A stretch of DNA of 49,957 bases from an uncultured Syntrophobacterales bacterium (GTDB taxonomy: Bacteria > Desulfobacterota > BSN033 > WVXP01 > G020346125): the NCBI GenBank assembly GCA_965371165.1, contig CBDUXJ010000001.1, forward strand, positions 1 through 49,957, read 5' to 3'. The notes beneath the pieces are model-generated. The model was not told the DNA's origin. It saw only the letters and a list, made by a program, of their open reading frames with translations, and did not search any database. Both the position numbers and the translations under genes were made by a program. Each line of letters opens with the position of its first letter. Within the stretch, counting starts at the first letter, position 1. Shown here piece after piece: positions 1-10,905 of this stretch.

Positions 1-99
1 ATAAATATAGATGTCCGCCACGATATCGCCAATGACGGCAATTTTTACCTCCTTGAAACGGCCGATTATCTCCTTAAATCTTTCGATGGGTACTTCCAT
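1..99 (-). CDS. N-terminal 33 codons of a PfkB/RfaE-like sugar kinase (gene runs off the left edge)
   Basis: The reverse-strand ATG at 97-99 gives MEVPIERFKEIIGRFKEVKIAVIGDIVADIYIY. This parallels the N-terminus of the heptose kinase at 18472-19473 (RIVSRFKEISALVVGDIILDEYFWG). Only 33 aa are visible. Confidence 0.35.
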   Translation of the reverse strand, partial: MEVPIERFKEIIGRFKEVKIAVIGDIVADIYIY

Positions 100-129
100 T
101 GAGACCTGCCCGTGGGAAAAATTAAATGT

Positions 130-1200
130 CTAATCCCGTGCCTTCGGCTTTACAAATTGGTTGACCAGCCATTCGCTGGCTTGAATAACCCTTTCGGGCG
201 TAATTGCTGTCATGCAACGGTGATCGCGGGAACAGACCTTCAGATGACAGGGACTACAGTCAAGATCCTCCCTCAGAACAATGGTCTTTTCAAGATTGAG
301 ATCGGTGTATCGTGGATCCGTGGGACCCATGATGACCACTACGGGCTTGTCAAAGGCTACAGCAAAATGCCGAGGGCCTGTGTCATTGGTAATGACCAAG
401 GAGCTGGATTGGATAATAGCCATCAGGATATCCAGGGGGGCGATCGGGTCGGCCAAGACAATAGGTCTGTTGGACATTCTAGCCTCAATATCCCTGGCGA
501 TCTGTATTTCCTCCGGACCGGGAACGATCACCAAATTACACCCGTAGCCCTCAATCAAGTGATCTGCCACCCTGGCGAAATATTCTGGCTTCCAGCATTT
601 TGAAGAGCCGTAGGCTGCACCAGGAATCATGACAATGGTCATGCGCCTTCCATTAACGCTACATCGCTTGAGAATATCCTGGGCCTTCTGCCGTGTAGCC
701 GCTGAGACGAAGAGCTCAGGAGTTAGGGTCGACCGGGGGCACTCCAGCCAATCGGTGATCCTCAGATAGTATTCCACCATGGGAATAGGGACGATTTTGG
801 GCCCTTGCCGCAAGGGCTTTATGGGATCGGTAAGCATCCAGCCTCTCCCTCCCCGCCTGTATCCGACACGGCGTTTTATACCGGCCAGAAAGGCAGGCAA
901 CGCCGAGCTAAAGGAATTAGGGAAAATGATGGCCAAATCGAAGTTTTTTCGTCTTAAACGCCTCGCCCATGAAAAGAGCCCCCGCATTCCCCCATCTTTA
1001 TCGCTATCGTCAAATTCAAGAATCTCGTCGCAGTAAGGCAAATCATCAATTACCTTTTTGCCGTACGGCCTTACCAAAAGGCCGACATGAGACTGGTGAA
1101 ATCGCTTCCGGATCGCCTTGATGGCGGGAGTGGCCATTACCAGGTCACCCACCCAGTTGGGGCATCGAATGAGAATCTTGTGGGGAAAGTGTTCACTCAT
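130..1200 (-). CDS. waaF: ADP-heptose:LPS heptosyltransferase, GT9 family (WaaF/RfaF-like)
   Basis: N-terminal KILIRCPNWVGDLVMATPAIKAIRKRF and C-terminal ITNDTGPRHFAVAF are typical GT9 motifs. I prefer the ATG at 1198-1200, which overlaps the upstream stop as ATGA, over the TTG at 1212. The symbol is tentative. Confidence 0.8.
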   Translation of the reverse strand: MSEHFPHKILIRCPNWVGDLVMATPAIKAIRKRFHQSHVGLLVRPYGKKVIDDLPYCDEILEFDDSDKDGGMRGLFSWARRLRRKNFDLAIIFPNSFSSALPAFLAGIKRRVGYRRGGRGWMLTDPIKPLRQGPKIVPIPMVEYYLRITDWLECPRSTLTPELFVSAATRQKAQDILKRCSVNGRRMTIVMIPGAAYGSSKCWKPEYFARVADHLIEGYGCNLVIVPGPEEIQIARDIEARMSNRPIVLADPIAPLDILMAIIQSSSLVITNDTGPRHFAVAFDKPVVVIMGPTDPRYTDLNLEKTIVLREDLDCSPCHLKVCSRDHRCMTAITPERVIQASEWLVNQFVKPKARD

Positions 1201-2711
1201 CGATCGAACCAATCGCTCCGAACCCCCATGAAGTTATTGTACTTAATAGCGTAGTGTTCTCTGCCAGCTTTTGTCAAGAAGCCCGAAATCTCCTGATCCG
1301 CGGAACGGATCGTATCCTTGACCTTCTCCCATGCCGTCCGATCCATGCTCTCAATCTCCTCCACCAATCCGTGGTAAATAGTCGAAGATAACGGATTGCT
1401 CCGGGCATTGACAAACCACGGAAAGGCCATGGCCAGCTTATCTATCATGAGATTATGGGCCTCCCCAAAATCCAGGCACGACTCCTCGGTGAAGTTGGTG
1501 AGGGTCCGCATCTTTTGGAAATCAATGAAACCTTTTTGTTTGGCCATTTCGCAAGCTACTGTTCCCGGATAAGGGAAGAAGATCGACCATCGAAACCGCC
1601 CAGGGCGTATGGCCGCCAATAAATCTATCGTTGCAAACATGTCCTCTGTGGTCTCATCGGGAAGCCCAATCATAACAAAGGCCGAGGTATGAAGCTGATG
1701 GGCGTGGGCTATCCTGAACGCATTGATAACGGCACGGTTGGTCATGGGCCGATTGAGGACATCCCTTCGAATCCTTTCGCTACCGCTTTCAAGCCCAAAC
1801 TTGACAATGCAACAGTTGGCCTTCTTGAGGTTCCGGGCGATGGTGTGGTCAAAGACCTTAACGTGGGCGTTGCATACGAAGGGAACGGGAATCCGTTTTT
1901 CATAAGCTAGGCAGAACTCTTGAACGTAATCCTTATCAAGGGTAAAAAGATCGTCATCAAAGATAAATACCTTAATGCCCGTATATTGACCAAGGAGATA
2001 CTCCAGCTCATTGATCACTTCCTTGACCGAGTGATGGCGAAGGTATCGTAAGCGAGAGCGGGGAAGGCCGGTGTCCTTCCGATAAATATCGACCAGCCTG
2101 TGATTGAAACAGTATGTGCAGTGGAAGGGGCACCCCCGGGATACCATCGTGCCCACCCACCCGTCTTTGGCGTCAATCATTCTCTGGAAATCGAAGATCT
2201 CGTAGTCTTTGGGGGGAAGATTTTCAAGGGGGGTAAAGGGACGAACTCTATTCTCAATGACTCTCCCATCCCTCTTCAACCAGATGTTCGGGATCTTGGT
2301 CGTGTCTCCATTCTCCTCCAGCGCATTGGCCAAATCCAAAAGGGCCTCTTCTCCCTCTCCCAAACAGGCGTAGTCGAAGATACCCGTTTCCAGAACCTCA
2401 CGGGGAACCATAGTTGCATGAACGCCTCCACATACGAAGGGGGCATCGGTCTGGCCTCGGATGGCCTTTCCTATCTCTAGTGCGTATTGGAATTGATTAC
2501 TCACCACGGAGAAGCCAACGAGATCCGGGGAGAATGCTTTGACATCGCCCACTATTCTTTCAAGGTCGAGGGGATAATCCAGGCTTTCGTTAATGTTAAG
2601 GAGCCGCGTGACATGCCCGTGACGACGAAGAACAGCTGAAAGGAAAGCAACGCCGTAATTGAATCCATTTTGGGCATTCAGGTTGGGATTGTTAAAGAGA
2701 TCGTGCTTCAA
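1197..2711 (-). CDS. B12-binding-domain radical SAM protein (class B type)
   Basis: 504-aa ORF with the CxxxCxxC cluster motif in VSRGCPFHCTYCF. It is preceded by a cobalamin-binding-like Rossmann region (GVAFLSAVLRRHGH ... LVGFSVVSNQ). The TTG start directly follows an in-frame TAG. Confidence 0.8.
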   Translation of the reverse strand: MKHDLFNNPNLNAQNGFNYGVAFLSAVLRRHGHVTRLLNINESLDYPLDLERIVGDVKAFSPDLVGFSVVSNQFQYALEIGKAIRGQTDAPFVCGGVHATMVPREVLETGIFDYACLGEGEEALLDLANALEENGDTTKIPNIWLKRDGRVIENRVRPFTPLENLPPKDYEIFDFQRMIDAKDGWVGTMVSRGCPFHCTYCFNHRLVDIYRKDTGLPRSRLRYLRHHSVKEVINELEYLLGQYTGIKVFIFDDDLFTLDKDYVQEFCLAYEKRIPVPFVCNAHVKVFDHTIARNLKKANCCIVKFGLESGSERIRRDVLNRPMTNRAVINAFRIAHAHQLHTSAFVMIGLPDETTEDMFATIDLLAAIRPGRFRWSIFFPYPGTVACEMAKQKGFIDFQKMRTLTNFTEESCLDFGEAHNLMIDKLAMAFPWFVNARSNPLSSTIYHGLVEEIESMDRTAWEKVKDTIRSADQEISGFLTKAGREHYAIKYNNFMGVRSDWFDR

Positions 2712-2846
2712 TGGCCCCTAGGCGTTGACTATCAATGATATCATGACCCAATGAGATATTTCAACAAGCTGGCTCAGGAACGCCAGACAAAGGCAAAATC
2801 GATAAGCAGGCTTGCGATCCCGCCCGAGCCTAAGGGGGGAGATTCC

Positions 2847-3452
2847 CTATCGCGGCATGGCGATGATCTCCCTCACCTTCATGTCGAAAAATCGATTCTG
2901 ATTGGCCGCCCGTATGACGATGGCGGAATCCGCTCCTTTTCCCGTCCCCGCTATGGCGATGATATCCTCGTCCACCGGCACGGCCCCGGCATCGGCGGCC
3001 ATGATGGCACATTCAATGGCCGCCTTCACCCCTTGGGAGAACCTGCGAAAGGCCTCGGCTACGATCTCCAACAGGTCGATACCCCCGAATTTAGTCCGAT
3101 AGGATCTGGATATACTGCTCAAGGCGTGGGTTGCGGTCACCACCGTGCATCTTGCCTCCGTCAAACGGGCTCTGTCCTCCTCCTTGAGCTCATTTTCTCC
3201 CGTTTGTGAATACCCCGTGTGGTGGGTGACCACGACCAGTTTGCCATTGTAGCCCAGCTCTTCGGAAAGGGACCTCAACAGGAAAGCCGTCCTTCCGCTG
3301 GCCGAAGCCACGACGACATAGCCGATCCTCAGCTGCAGGGCCCGCTCAATAGCGGCCCTGAGGGTCTTTTCCGTATTCCGAGGACCGGGTACGGGAAACG
3401 AGTAGGTACGGAGGATCTCCTCTGCCATCTTTTCATCCCCCATTCTCTTCAT
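2847..3452 (-). CDS. Pyruvate kinase C-terminal (alpha/beta) domain-like protein
   Basis: 201-aa ORF. GYVVVASASGRTAFLL ... LVVVTHHTG ... FSQGVKAAIECAIMAADAG ... IAIAGTGKGADSAIV matches the stand-alone PK_C-like family as I remember it. Its ATG overlaps the murJ stop (ATGA at 3449-3452). Confidence 0.55.
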   Translation of the reverse strand: MKRMGDEKMAEEILRTYSFPVPGPRNTEKTLRAAIERALQLRIGYVVVASASGRTAFLLRSLSEELGYNGKLVVVTHHTGYSQTGENELKEEDRARLTEARCTVVTATHALSSISRSYRTKFGGIDLLEIVAEAFRRFSQGVKAAIECAIMAADAGAVPVDEDIIAIAGTGKGADSAIVIRAANQNRFFDMKVREIIAMPR

Positions 3453-5059
3453 TCGAGTTCGCCTTCAAACCTCAGCGACTTCCTCCTTCCCCGGAGCATG
3501 TCCATGAGAAAGGAAAGCTCCCCATTTCTCAGGAGATACGAAATGGAGATGTACGTGAACATCCCCGCCAAAATCCCGGCCGCCAGGAAGAAGATCTTCT
3601 CCCCCCAGTAACCGCGACTCACCCAGGATGTCTTGCCGATCACCCAGTAAACAACCCATCCCATTGCGGTACTGGCCACGGCCACCTGGATGAGGGATCT
3701 GAGCATCCGCGCCCAATCGATCTCACCTATCCTCCTCCTCAGCCAGACCAGAAGGAGGCAAACATTTATCATCGAGGCCACGGAGTTGGCCAGGGCGAGC
3801 CCCGCATGTTCCAGGGGACCCATGAGAATAAGGCTTAATACCACATTGGCAAACAGGGAAACCACCGCCATCTTCACGGGGGTCTTGGTATCCTGCACGG
3901 CATAGAAGGCCGGTGCAAGGATCCTCACCCCGGCGATTGCCCACAAACCAATCCCGAAGTAGAAAAGGGCCCGGGCGGTCTTAAGGGTGTCCTGATAATC
4001 AAACGCCCCATGCTGAAAGAGAAGATGGATAATGGGGGTTCTCAATATGATGAGGCCCACCATGGCCGGAACCACCACAAAAAGAACCAATCTCACCAAG
4101 AAGGAGATGGTATCCCGAAATTCCTCCATCTTGCCCTCGGAGACCAATTGCGAAAAACTGGGAAGGGCCGCCGTTCCCAAGGCGATTACAAAGATACCCA
4201 GGGGAAACTCGATCAGACGATATGCGAAGTAGAGGTAAGATATGGAGCCTTCCAGAAGGAAGGAGGCCAAAATTAGCCCCACGAAGACGTTGATCTGGGC
4301 AACAGCCACGCCGACCAGCGCCGGACCCATCAATATACATATCCGTTTGATGGCCGGATGGAGGAAATGGAAGTTGAACCTGAACATCACCCCTTTTTTG
4401 ACCAAAAAGGGGATCTGGAATGCGAGCTGGATCACCCCCCCGAAAAAGACCCCGATGGCCAGCGAGACGATGGGCTCGGTGAAGCGTCTATAAAGAAGAT
4501 AAGCGGAGGCTATCATGGAGAGGTTGAGCAGGGTGGGGGCCAAGGCGGGGGCAGCAAAGTGACGGTGTGCATTCAGGACACCCATTGCCAAGGCGACCAA
4601 ACCGATGAAAAAGAGGTAGGGAAAGACGATCCGGGTCATGGAGATCGTCAACTCGACCTGTTTCGGATCCTTGAAACCCGGGGCCAGAACCGCGACAATC
4701 TGGGGAGAAAAGACCATTCCCAAGATCGTCAACGCCATCAATACCGAGCAGGCCAGCGTGAAGGCCACATCGATGAGCTCCTGGGATTCCTCTTTCGTCC
4801 GGTGGACGATGTATTCGGTATAGACGGGAATGAAGGAAACGGTCATGGATCCCTCCCCGAAAAGCCTCCTCAGGGTATTGGGGATCCTGAAGGCAACGAA
4901 GAAGGCATCGGTTGCTAAACCGGCCCCGAAAAAATAAGCGATCATCATGTCCCGGGCATATCCCAAGACGCGGCTGAGCAGGGTAGCGACCCCCACAACC
5001 CCCGCTGCTCTGGCTATCCTATCGTGCTCCGTCGCGCTCATAGAATGGACCCTTGACAT
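3449..5059 (-). CDS. murJ: Lipid II flippase MurJ/MviN
   Basis: 536-aa polytopic membrane ORF with the canonical N-terminus LLSRVLGYARDMMIAYFFGAGLATDAFFVAFRIPNTLRRLFGEGSMTVSFIPVY. Confidence 0.9.
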   Translation of the reverse strand: MSRVHSMSATEHDRIARAAGVVGVATLLSRVLGYARDMMIAYFFGAGLATDAFFVAFRIPNTLRRLFGEGSMTVSFIPVYTEYIVHRTKEESQELIDVAFTLACSVLMALTILGMVFSPQIVAVLAPGFKDPKQVELTISMTRIVFPYLFFIGLVALAMGVLNAHRHFAAPALAPTLLNLSMIASAYLLYRRFTEPIVSLAIGVFFGGVIQLAFQIPFLVKKGVMFRFNFHFLHPAIKRICILMGPALVGVAVAQINVFVGLILASFLLEGSISYLYFAYRLIEFPLGIFVIALGTAALPSFSQLVSEGKMEEFRDTISFLVRLVLFVVVPAMVGLIILRTPIIHLLFQHGAFDYQDTLKTARALFYFGIGLWAIAGVRILAPAFYAVQDTKTPVKMAVVSLFANVVLSLILMGPLEHAGLALANSVASMINVCLLLVWLRRRIGEIDWARMLRSLIQVAVASTAMGWVVYWVIGKTSWVSRGYWGEKIFFLAAGILAGMFTYISISYLLRNGELSFLMDMLRGRRKSLRFEGELE

Positions 5060-5156
5060 CCATTGAATAAAATGATTACATTATAAAACTCTGATGACCC
5101 GTGCCCGTACGGAAAGTAATTGATAACGATCCCATCCCCCGCAAGGAGGTGATGAT

Positions 5157-5429
5157 TTGGCCACCCATAAGTCAGCCCTCAAAAGGCAGAAGCAGGACGA
5201 AAAAAGGAGCCGGAGGAACGTCCATATCCGATCCACCTTGAAAACCCTGATAAAAAGGGTGAGGTTGGCGGTAGAGGCCAAGGATAGCGATAAGGCAAGA
5301 ACCACCTTAGCCGAGGTTATACCCGCTATCGACAAGGCCAAATCCAAGGGGGTGATCCACAGGAATACCGCATCGAGAAAGATCTCACGTCTTACCAAAC
5401 TGGTCAGCTCCCTCCAATCCTCTCAGTGA
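5157..5429 (+). CDS. rpsT: 30S ribosomal protein S20
   Basis: MATHKSALKRQKQDEKRSRRNVHIRS... is the classic S20 sequence. It has a TTG start 7 nt after AAGGAGG (5143-5149); E. coli rpsT also uses UUG. Confidence 0.95.
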   Translation: MATHKSALKRQKQDEKRSRRNVHIRSTLKTLIKRVRLAVEAKDSDKARTTLAEVIPAIDKAKSKGVIHRNTASRKISRLTKLVSSLQSSQ

Positions 5430-6412
5430 CATAAATCAACCACCATTTTCTCCAAAAGGAGCTCTTTCGATAAGCTCGTCGTCTTCATGGCTAGGTCGGT
5501 CTGAAGAAATCGACGAAATCCCTCCCGAAGGTTATCCTCGTTGAAATAGGCGGTCTGCTCGAGGATGGACTCCAGATAAAAATGGTGGAGCTTCAGCTTT
5601 CTCCCCAACTCCTCCTTTTCAACCCCCCTTGATACCAGGTACTGCGCCTTCCAAATCAAACGAAATTGGCGAGCAATCATACTGAGGATCTTGAGATGGG
5701 CTTCTCCGGCCTGCAACATCCTTCTCAAAATCCGCAATGCCTCAAGGGAATTCCTCATTCCAATGGCATCGGTCAACTCGAAGATCGTCCTCGTCCTCAC
5801 CTCCGAAACGAGCTCCTCCACATCCTCCAACTCGATGACGGGCTTTCCCCCCACATAGGCCACGGTCTTTTCAATCTCGTTGTGGAGGTCCCGAAGGCGG
5901 TTCCCCACCATATCCTTAAGATATTCCGCCGCTTCCCTGGTCATTCCCTTCCCATACGCCTGGGCTTCCCGCTTGATCCACCCGATCAATTTTCCCGCAA
6001 AAAAGGATTTAATCTGGATCACCGCCCCCACTGCTCTTATCTTGGGGAAGAATTGCTTCCATGGCCTGTCCGTATCCCCCCAAAGAACCAGGCATGTGGA
6101 GGGGGAGGGTTTCTCTATATAGGGCAGGAATTGGTCTACATCACCCGGGGCAAAGTGGTCCGCCTCCTTGACTAGAATAAACCGCCATGGGTTCAACATG
6201 GGTACTGTCCGCGCGGCATCAACGATCCTGGATGCCGGAACCTCGCCAGCCGAGTAGACATCCCTGTTAAACTCCTGAAGATGAGCTGGAATAATCTTTG
6301 TACGAAGCCCCTCGATCCCCCTCTCGATAAGGTAGGGCTCATCTCCAAAAAGGTAAAGGACCCGGGGGATCTTCCCCTCCTTCAACCCCTTATCCAACGC
6401 GAAGAAATCCAT
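5423..6412 (-). CDS. holA: DNA polymerase III subunit delta
   Basis: 329-aa ORF in the conserved leuS-lptE-holA order. VLYLFGDEPYLIE, a C-terminal helical domain and the length all fit HolA. Its 3' end overlaps the rpsT 3' end by 7 nt (convergent genes). Confidence 0.8.
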   Translation of the reverse strand: MDFFALDKGLKEGKIPRVLYLFGDEPYLIERGIEGLRTKIIPAHLQEFNRDVYSAGEVPASRIVDAARTVPMLNPWRFILVKEADHFAPGDVDQFLPYIEKPSPSTCLVLWGDTDRPWKQFFPKIRAVGAVIQIKSFFAGKLIGWIKREAQAYGKGMTREAAEYLKDMVGNRLRDLHNEIEKTVAYVGGKPVIELEDVEELVSEVRTRTIFELTDAIGMRNSLEALRILRRMLQAGEAHLKILSMIARQFRLIWKAQYLVSRGVEKEELGRKLKLHHFYLESILEQTAYFNEDNLREGFRRFLQTDLAMKTTSLSKELLLEKMVVDLCH

Positions 6413-6456
6413 GATCTAACCTCGTGTTGGAGACTTCCTCGATGAGCGACAGGCGG

Positions 6457-6984
6457 CTAAAACCCCTCGAATAATCTCCGACGAATTCTCCTTGCCAGTT
6501 CCATTGCGATCTTCTGGATTGCCCTCTCTTTTTCCGCCTCCGTGAGAAGGACGTCCGAGGAAACCCTGTAGACATCCGATTCCATAAGGCCACTTTTACT
6601 CCAAAGGACTTCTCCCTTTTTATTTCGTTTCAGTATTACGTCCAGGGCGACCCATGTCCGATACTCCAGCACCACCCCCGTCGGGTCATAGGCCACGGAT
6701 GAGATGGAAAATGATTTGACCGTTCCCTCCATGATGGCATCGGCCTCATCTTCGCCGACGACCTTTACCCGCCTGTCCTTGATCAACTCCCTCAATAGGG
6801 CATTGGTGACGATGGTCTCGATGCCCGCTTCATAGGTCTCATTGATGAAGGTTGGAATGGCAATGGATCGAATTTCGGGGGATGGGCCAAACCCTTCTCC
6901 TCCAAGTCGATACCCACAACCCGTTCCCACCAATAGAAAAAAGATGATGGAAAAGTAAAAATGGCTTCGGACTAGTTTCATCAT
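6457..6984 (-). CDS. lptE: LPS-assembly lipoprotein LptE
   Basis: Sits between leuS and holA. The signal peptide plus lipobox is MMKLVRSHFYFSIIFFLLVGTGC. I start at the MMK methionine rather than at the track start of 7029. Confidence 0.7.
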   Translation of the reverse strand: MMKLVRSHFYFSIIFFLLVGTGCGYRLGGEGFGPSPEIRSIAIPTFINETYEAGIETIVTNALLRELIKDRRVKVVGEDEADAIMEGTVKSFSISSVAYDPTGVVLEYRTWVALDVILKRNKKGEVLWSKSGLMESDVYRVSSDVLLTEAEKERAIQKIAMELARRIRRRLFEGF

Positions 6985-7034
6985 GGGAATGGTTGTGGGA
7001 ACAGATACCCCGAGATATACAAAAAGCAATGGGA

Positions 7035-9518
7035 TCAGGCGCAGACGATATTGATCAACTTCTTGGGGACGAGGATGATCCTTTTGACGGCCCTATCATG
7101 GATCAGGCGTCTTATCTTCTCCCTCTCTAACACCACCCCTTTGATCTCCTCCTTCCCCATCGAGGATGGGACAGTTACCCTATCCCGTACCTTGCCATTC
7201 ACCTGGATCACCACGAGGACTTCCTCCTCAACGATGGCCTCCCGATCGTAATCGGGCCAGGGGGTCTTGATGATGCTTTCCCCCTTTCCCAGGACTTCCC
7301 ATAACTCCTCCGCGATATGGGGGACAAAAGGCGAAAGAAGGAGAGTTGCCGTCTCAATTGCCTCCCTAAATACCGAATGTTCCGCTGGATCCCCATTCTC
7401 TTCCGGCCTGGACTGGTAAAGGGTGTTGACCAGTTCCATAATAGCGCTGATGGCGGTGTTGAAATGGAATCGCTCGATATCCTCCCCGACTTTCTTGATG
7501 GTCTTATGGACTTTCTGATGCAGCATTTTCAGGTCTTGATCGATGGGGGTTGCACCGGTATAGGGTTTCGTCTCCTTCATCCAATGGTGATTTTCGTTCA
7601 CCAATCGCCACACCCTGTTGAGAAACCTGAATGATCCCTCCACACCCTGATCGTTCCATTCGAGATCCCTCTCGGGTGGAGATGCAAAGAGGCAAAACAT
7701 CCGGGCCGTATCAGCACCATATTTGGAGACCAGGTATTCGGGATCGACGACGTTCCCCCGCGATTTGGACATTTTGGCCCCATCCTTGATAACCATCCCC
7801 TGGGTCAAGAGCCTCGTAAAGGGCTCCTTATCCTTCACCAGGCCCAACTCCCTGAGAACCCTCGCAAAGAAGCGGGAATAGAGGAGATGTAAAATAGCAT
7901 GCTCTATGCCCCCAATATATTGATTAACGGGCATCCAGTAACCGACCTTCTCCTTGTCCAGGGGACCTTGGTCATAACGGGGCGATGCAAACCGATCAAA
8001 ATACCAGGAAGACTCCACGAAGGTATCCATGGTATCGGTCTCCCTCCTGGCATCTCCGCCACATGTGGGACATTGAGTCTCAACGAACTCACGACATTCC
8101 GCTAAAGGAGACCCCCCTTCGCCGGTGAATTCCACGTCATGGGGCAAAACGACGGGAAGATCCTCTTCTGGGACGGGTTGGACTCCACACCGATGGCAAT
8201 AGATGATGGGGATAGGTGCCCCCCAATATCGTTGGCGGGAAATCCCCCAATCCCGAATACGATAATTGACGCTCCTTCCCCCCAACCCTTTCTCTTCCAG
8301 GTTCTGGACAATTGCCTCGCGAGCCGCAACGCTATCTATCCCGTTGAACTGGTCGGAGTTGACCAGCGTTCCCTCACCCACATAGGCCTCGGTCATCGTC
8401 TCCGCATTCAACGGTCTATCCGGCGGTTGAATCACGACGATCACTGGAAGTCCATATCGCTTGGCGAACTCGAAATCCCTTTGGTCATGGGCGGGAACTG
8501 CCATAACCGCCCCCGTTCCATATTCCATCAGGACAAAATTGGCCGCGAAGATGGGAATCCTCGCCCCCGTCATGGGATTTAGACAATTAGCACCGATAAA
8601 CAACCCTTCCTTTTCCGTATCCTCCGCCGTTCTCCCGACGAGGCTTTGCCGTTTTACCCTTTCTACGAATTCCTTCACTTCCCCTTCCTGGGGTGTTCCC
8701 TTTGACAATTCCAAGGTCAAAGGATGTTCCGGAGCCAGGGTCATAAAAGTTGCCCCGAAGACGGTATCTTGGCGGGTTGTGAATACGGTGATCGCCTCCT
8801 TCGAATTCTCCAGCGGAAATCGAATCTCGGCCCCCTCGCTCTTCCCGATCCAATTCCGCTGCATCTTCAATACTCGCTCGGGCCATCCCGGCAATTTATC
8901 ACAATATTCCAGGAGATCCTCGGCATAATCGGTGATCTTGAGATACCACTGGCCCAACTCCTTTGGGGTCACTTCCGACTCACACCGCCAACAGAGACCC
9001 CCTTCAACCTGCTCATTGGCCAGCACCGTCTGACAGCTCGGGCACCAATTCACCAGGGATCGCTTCTTATAAGCCAGGCCTCTCTCGTACATCTTCAGGA
9101 AAAACCACTGCTCCCATCTGTAGTATTCCACATCACAGGTAGCGATCTCCCTCTCCCAGTCATAGCTGAAGCCCATCCTCTTGAGCTGCTGTCGCATCAC
9201 ATCGATATTCTCATAGGTCCATTTAGCGGGATGGACCCCACTCTCTATGGCCGCGTTTTCAGCGGGCATGCCGAAGGCATCCCATCCCATGGGGTGAAGA
9301 ACACTATACCCTTTCATCATCTTATACCGGGCTACAACGTCCCCTATGGAATAGTTCCGCATGTGCCCCATGTGGATTGCCCCCGATGGATAGGGATACA
9401 TCTCCAAGAGATAATATTTCTCCTTAGTCGGGTCTTCTTCGGCCCGGAATAGTTGTTTCTGCTCCCAATATCTCTGCCATTTCGCCTCGATCTCCTCTGG
9501 GTGGTACCTCTCCTTCAT
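7035..9518 (-). CDS. leuS: Leucine--tRNA ligase
   Basis: 827 aa. HIGH-type motif [16 protein letters not shown] motif present ([10 protein letters not shown]), and the CP1 editing domain. Confidence 0.97.
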   Translation of the reverse strand: MKERYHPEEIEAKWQRYWEQKQLFRAEEDPTKEKYYLLEMYPYPSGAIHMGHMRNYSIGDVVARYKMMKGYSVLHPMGWDAFGMPAENAAIESGVHPAKWTYENIDVMRQQLKRMGFSYDWEREIATCDVEYYRWEQWFFLKMYERGLAYKKRSLVNWCPSCQTVLANEQVEGGLCWRCESEVTPKELGQWYLKITDYAEDLLEYCDKLPGWPERVLKMQRNWIGKSEGAEIRFPLENSKEAITVFTTRQDTVFGATFMTLAPEHPLTLELSKGTPQEGEVKEFVERVKRQSLVGRTAEDTEKEGLFIGANCLNPMTGARIPIFAANFVLMEYGTGAVMAVPAHDQRDFEFAKRYGLPVIVVIQPPDRPLNAETMTEAYVGEGTLVNSDQFNGIDSVAAREAIVQNLEEKGLGGRSVNYRIRDWGISRQRYWGAPIPIIYCHRCGVQPVPEEDLPVVLPHDVEFTGEGGSPLAECREFVETQCPTCGGDARRETDTMDTFVESSWYFDRFASPRYDQGPLDKEKVGYWMPVNQYIGGIEHAILHLLYSRFFARVLRELGLVKDKEPFTRLLTQGMVIKDGAKMSKSRGNVVDPEYLVSKYGADTARMFCLFASPPERDLEWNDQGVEGSFRFLNRVWRLVNENHHWMKETKPYTGATPIDQDLKMLHQKVHKTIKKVGEDIERFHFNTAISAIMELVNTLYQSRPEENGDPAEHSVFREAIETATLLLSPFVPHIAEELWEVLGKGESIIKTPWPDYDREAIVEEEVLVVIQVNGKVRDRVTVPSSMGKEEIKGVVLEREKIRRLIHDRAVKRIILVPKKLINIVCA

Positions 9519-9626
9519 TTTACCCCTTACCTCTTTAACCCTTTACTTCGCGTTTTTTAAATCTCTACCGGTGAATCGGGTTCTTTAGGGATAACGGACA
9601 CGGAAATCGCTCCACGGATTACGATC

Positions 9627-10829
9627 TCATCTTCCCATCAGCTTCCGGATCTTCAGCCTCAAGGCATTCAGCCTAATGAATCCTCCCGCGTCCTTCTGGT
9701 CATAAACGGTGTCTTCATCAAAGGTCGCGAATTCGCCACTATAGAGGGATTTCTCCGACTTTCGTCCTACGACGATACAATTCCCCTTGTAGAGTTTCAA
9801 GCGGACAGTCCCCGTCACATCCTTCTGGGTTTCATCGATGGCCTTTTCCATAACCTCCATTTCAGGGGAAAACCAGTAACCGTAGTAGATCAATTCCGAA
9901 ATTTTGGGGATCAGGGAATCCCTGAGGTGCATCACCTCCCGATCCATGGTGATGGATTCTATGGCCCTGTGCGCAATGTGGAGGATCGTTCCTCCAGGGG
10001 TTTCATACACTCCCCTCGATTTCAACCCCACGTAGCGATTTTCAACCATGTCCACACGGCCGATCCCATTTTCCCCCCCAATTTTATTGGCCGCGGCCAA
10101 AAGGTTTGCCGGGGAGTAAACCTCTCCGTCGATCCTTATTGGAATGCCGTTTTCGAAATCGATCTCGATATAGAGCGGTCTGTCGGGGGCTTGCTCCGGT
10201 GAGACGGTCATGAGGAACATATCCTCCCTCGGTTCCAGCCATGGGTCTTCCAGGATTCCAGCTTCGAAACTGGTATGAAAAAGGTTCTGATCGCAACTAT
10301 ACGGTTTTTCCGCGGTAACCGGAACCGGAATCCCGTTCTCTTGGGCGTAGCGGATCAGATCCTTGCGGGACCTGAGATTCCACTGTCTCCACGGGGAGAT
10401 GATGGTGATATCGGGGTTCAAGGCCATGTAGGTTAGCTCGAACCTCACCTGATCGTTCCCCTTTCCCGTGGCCCCATGGGAAACAGCATCGGCACCTTCC
10501 TTCTCGACCACCTCCATCTGTTTTTTGGCTATGAGAGGCCTTGCGATGGAGGTCCCCAGGAGATATCCACCCTCATAGATGGCATTGGCCTTCAAAGCCG
10601 TGAAGATGAAGTCCCGGACGAACTCCTCCCGGACATCTTCGATACAGACCTTGCCCGCCCCCGTTCCCAGGGCCTTGGTTTCCACCTGCTCAAGGTCATC
10701 CCCCTGACCCAAGTCCGCAACAAAGGCGATGACTTCGCAGCCGTATTCATTGACGAGCCATTTCAAGATGACCGATGTATCTAATCCCCCGGAATATGCC
10801 AAGACGATCTTGTTTATACGAGATGCCAT
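9627..10829 (-). CDS. argG: Argininosuccinate synthase
   Basis: [19 protein letters not shown] ... [17 protein letters not shown] are hallmark motifs. I chose the start at MASRINK (10829) instead of the 18-codon upstream extension in the track. Confidence 0.93.
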   Translation of the reverse strand: MASRINKIVLAYSGGLDTSVILKWLVNEYGCEVIAFVADLGQGDDLEQVETKALGTGAGKVCIEDVREEFVRDFIFTALKANAIYEGGYLLGTSIARPLIAKKQMEVVEKEGADAVSHGATGKGNDQVRFELTYMALNPDITIISPWRQWNLRSRKDLIRYAQENGIPVPVTAEKPYSCDQNLFHTSFEAGILEDPWLEPREDMFLMTVSPEQAPDRPLYIEIDFENGIPIRIDGEVYSPANLLAAANKIGGENGIGRVDMVENRYVGLKSRGVYETPGGTILHIAHRAIESITMDREVMHLRDSLIPKISELIYYGYWFSPEMEVMEKAIDETQKDVTGTVRLKLYKGNCIVVGRKSEKSLYSGEFATFDEDTVYDQKDAGGFIRLNALRLKIRKLMGR

Positions 10830-10905
10830 ATCACCACCATACAACAATTCGTGTCCGTTGTTCGTCCTCAAGCTCCACCACACGGCGGCCTGACCTGAGA
10901 ACCAT

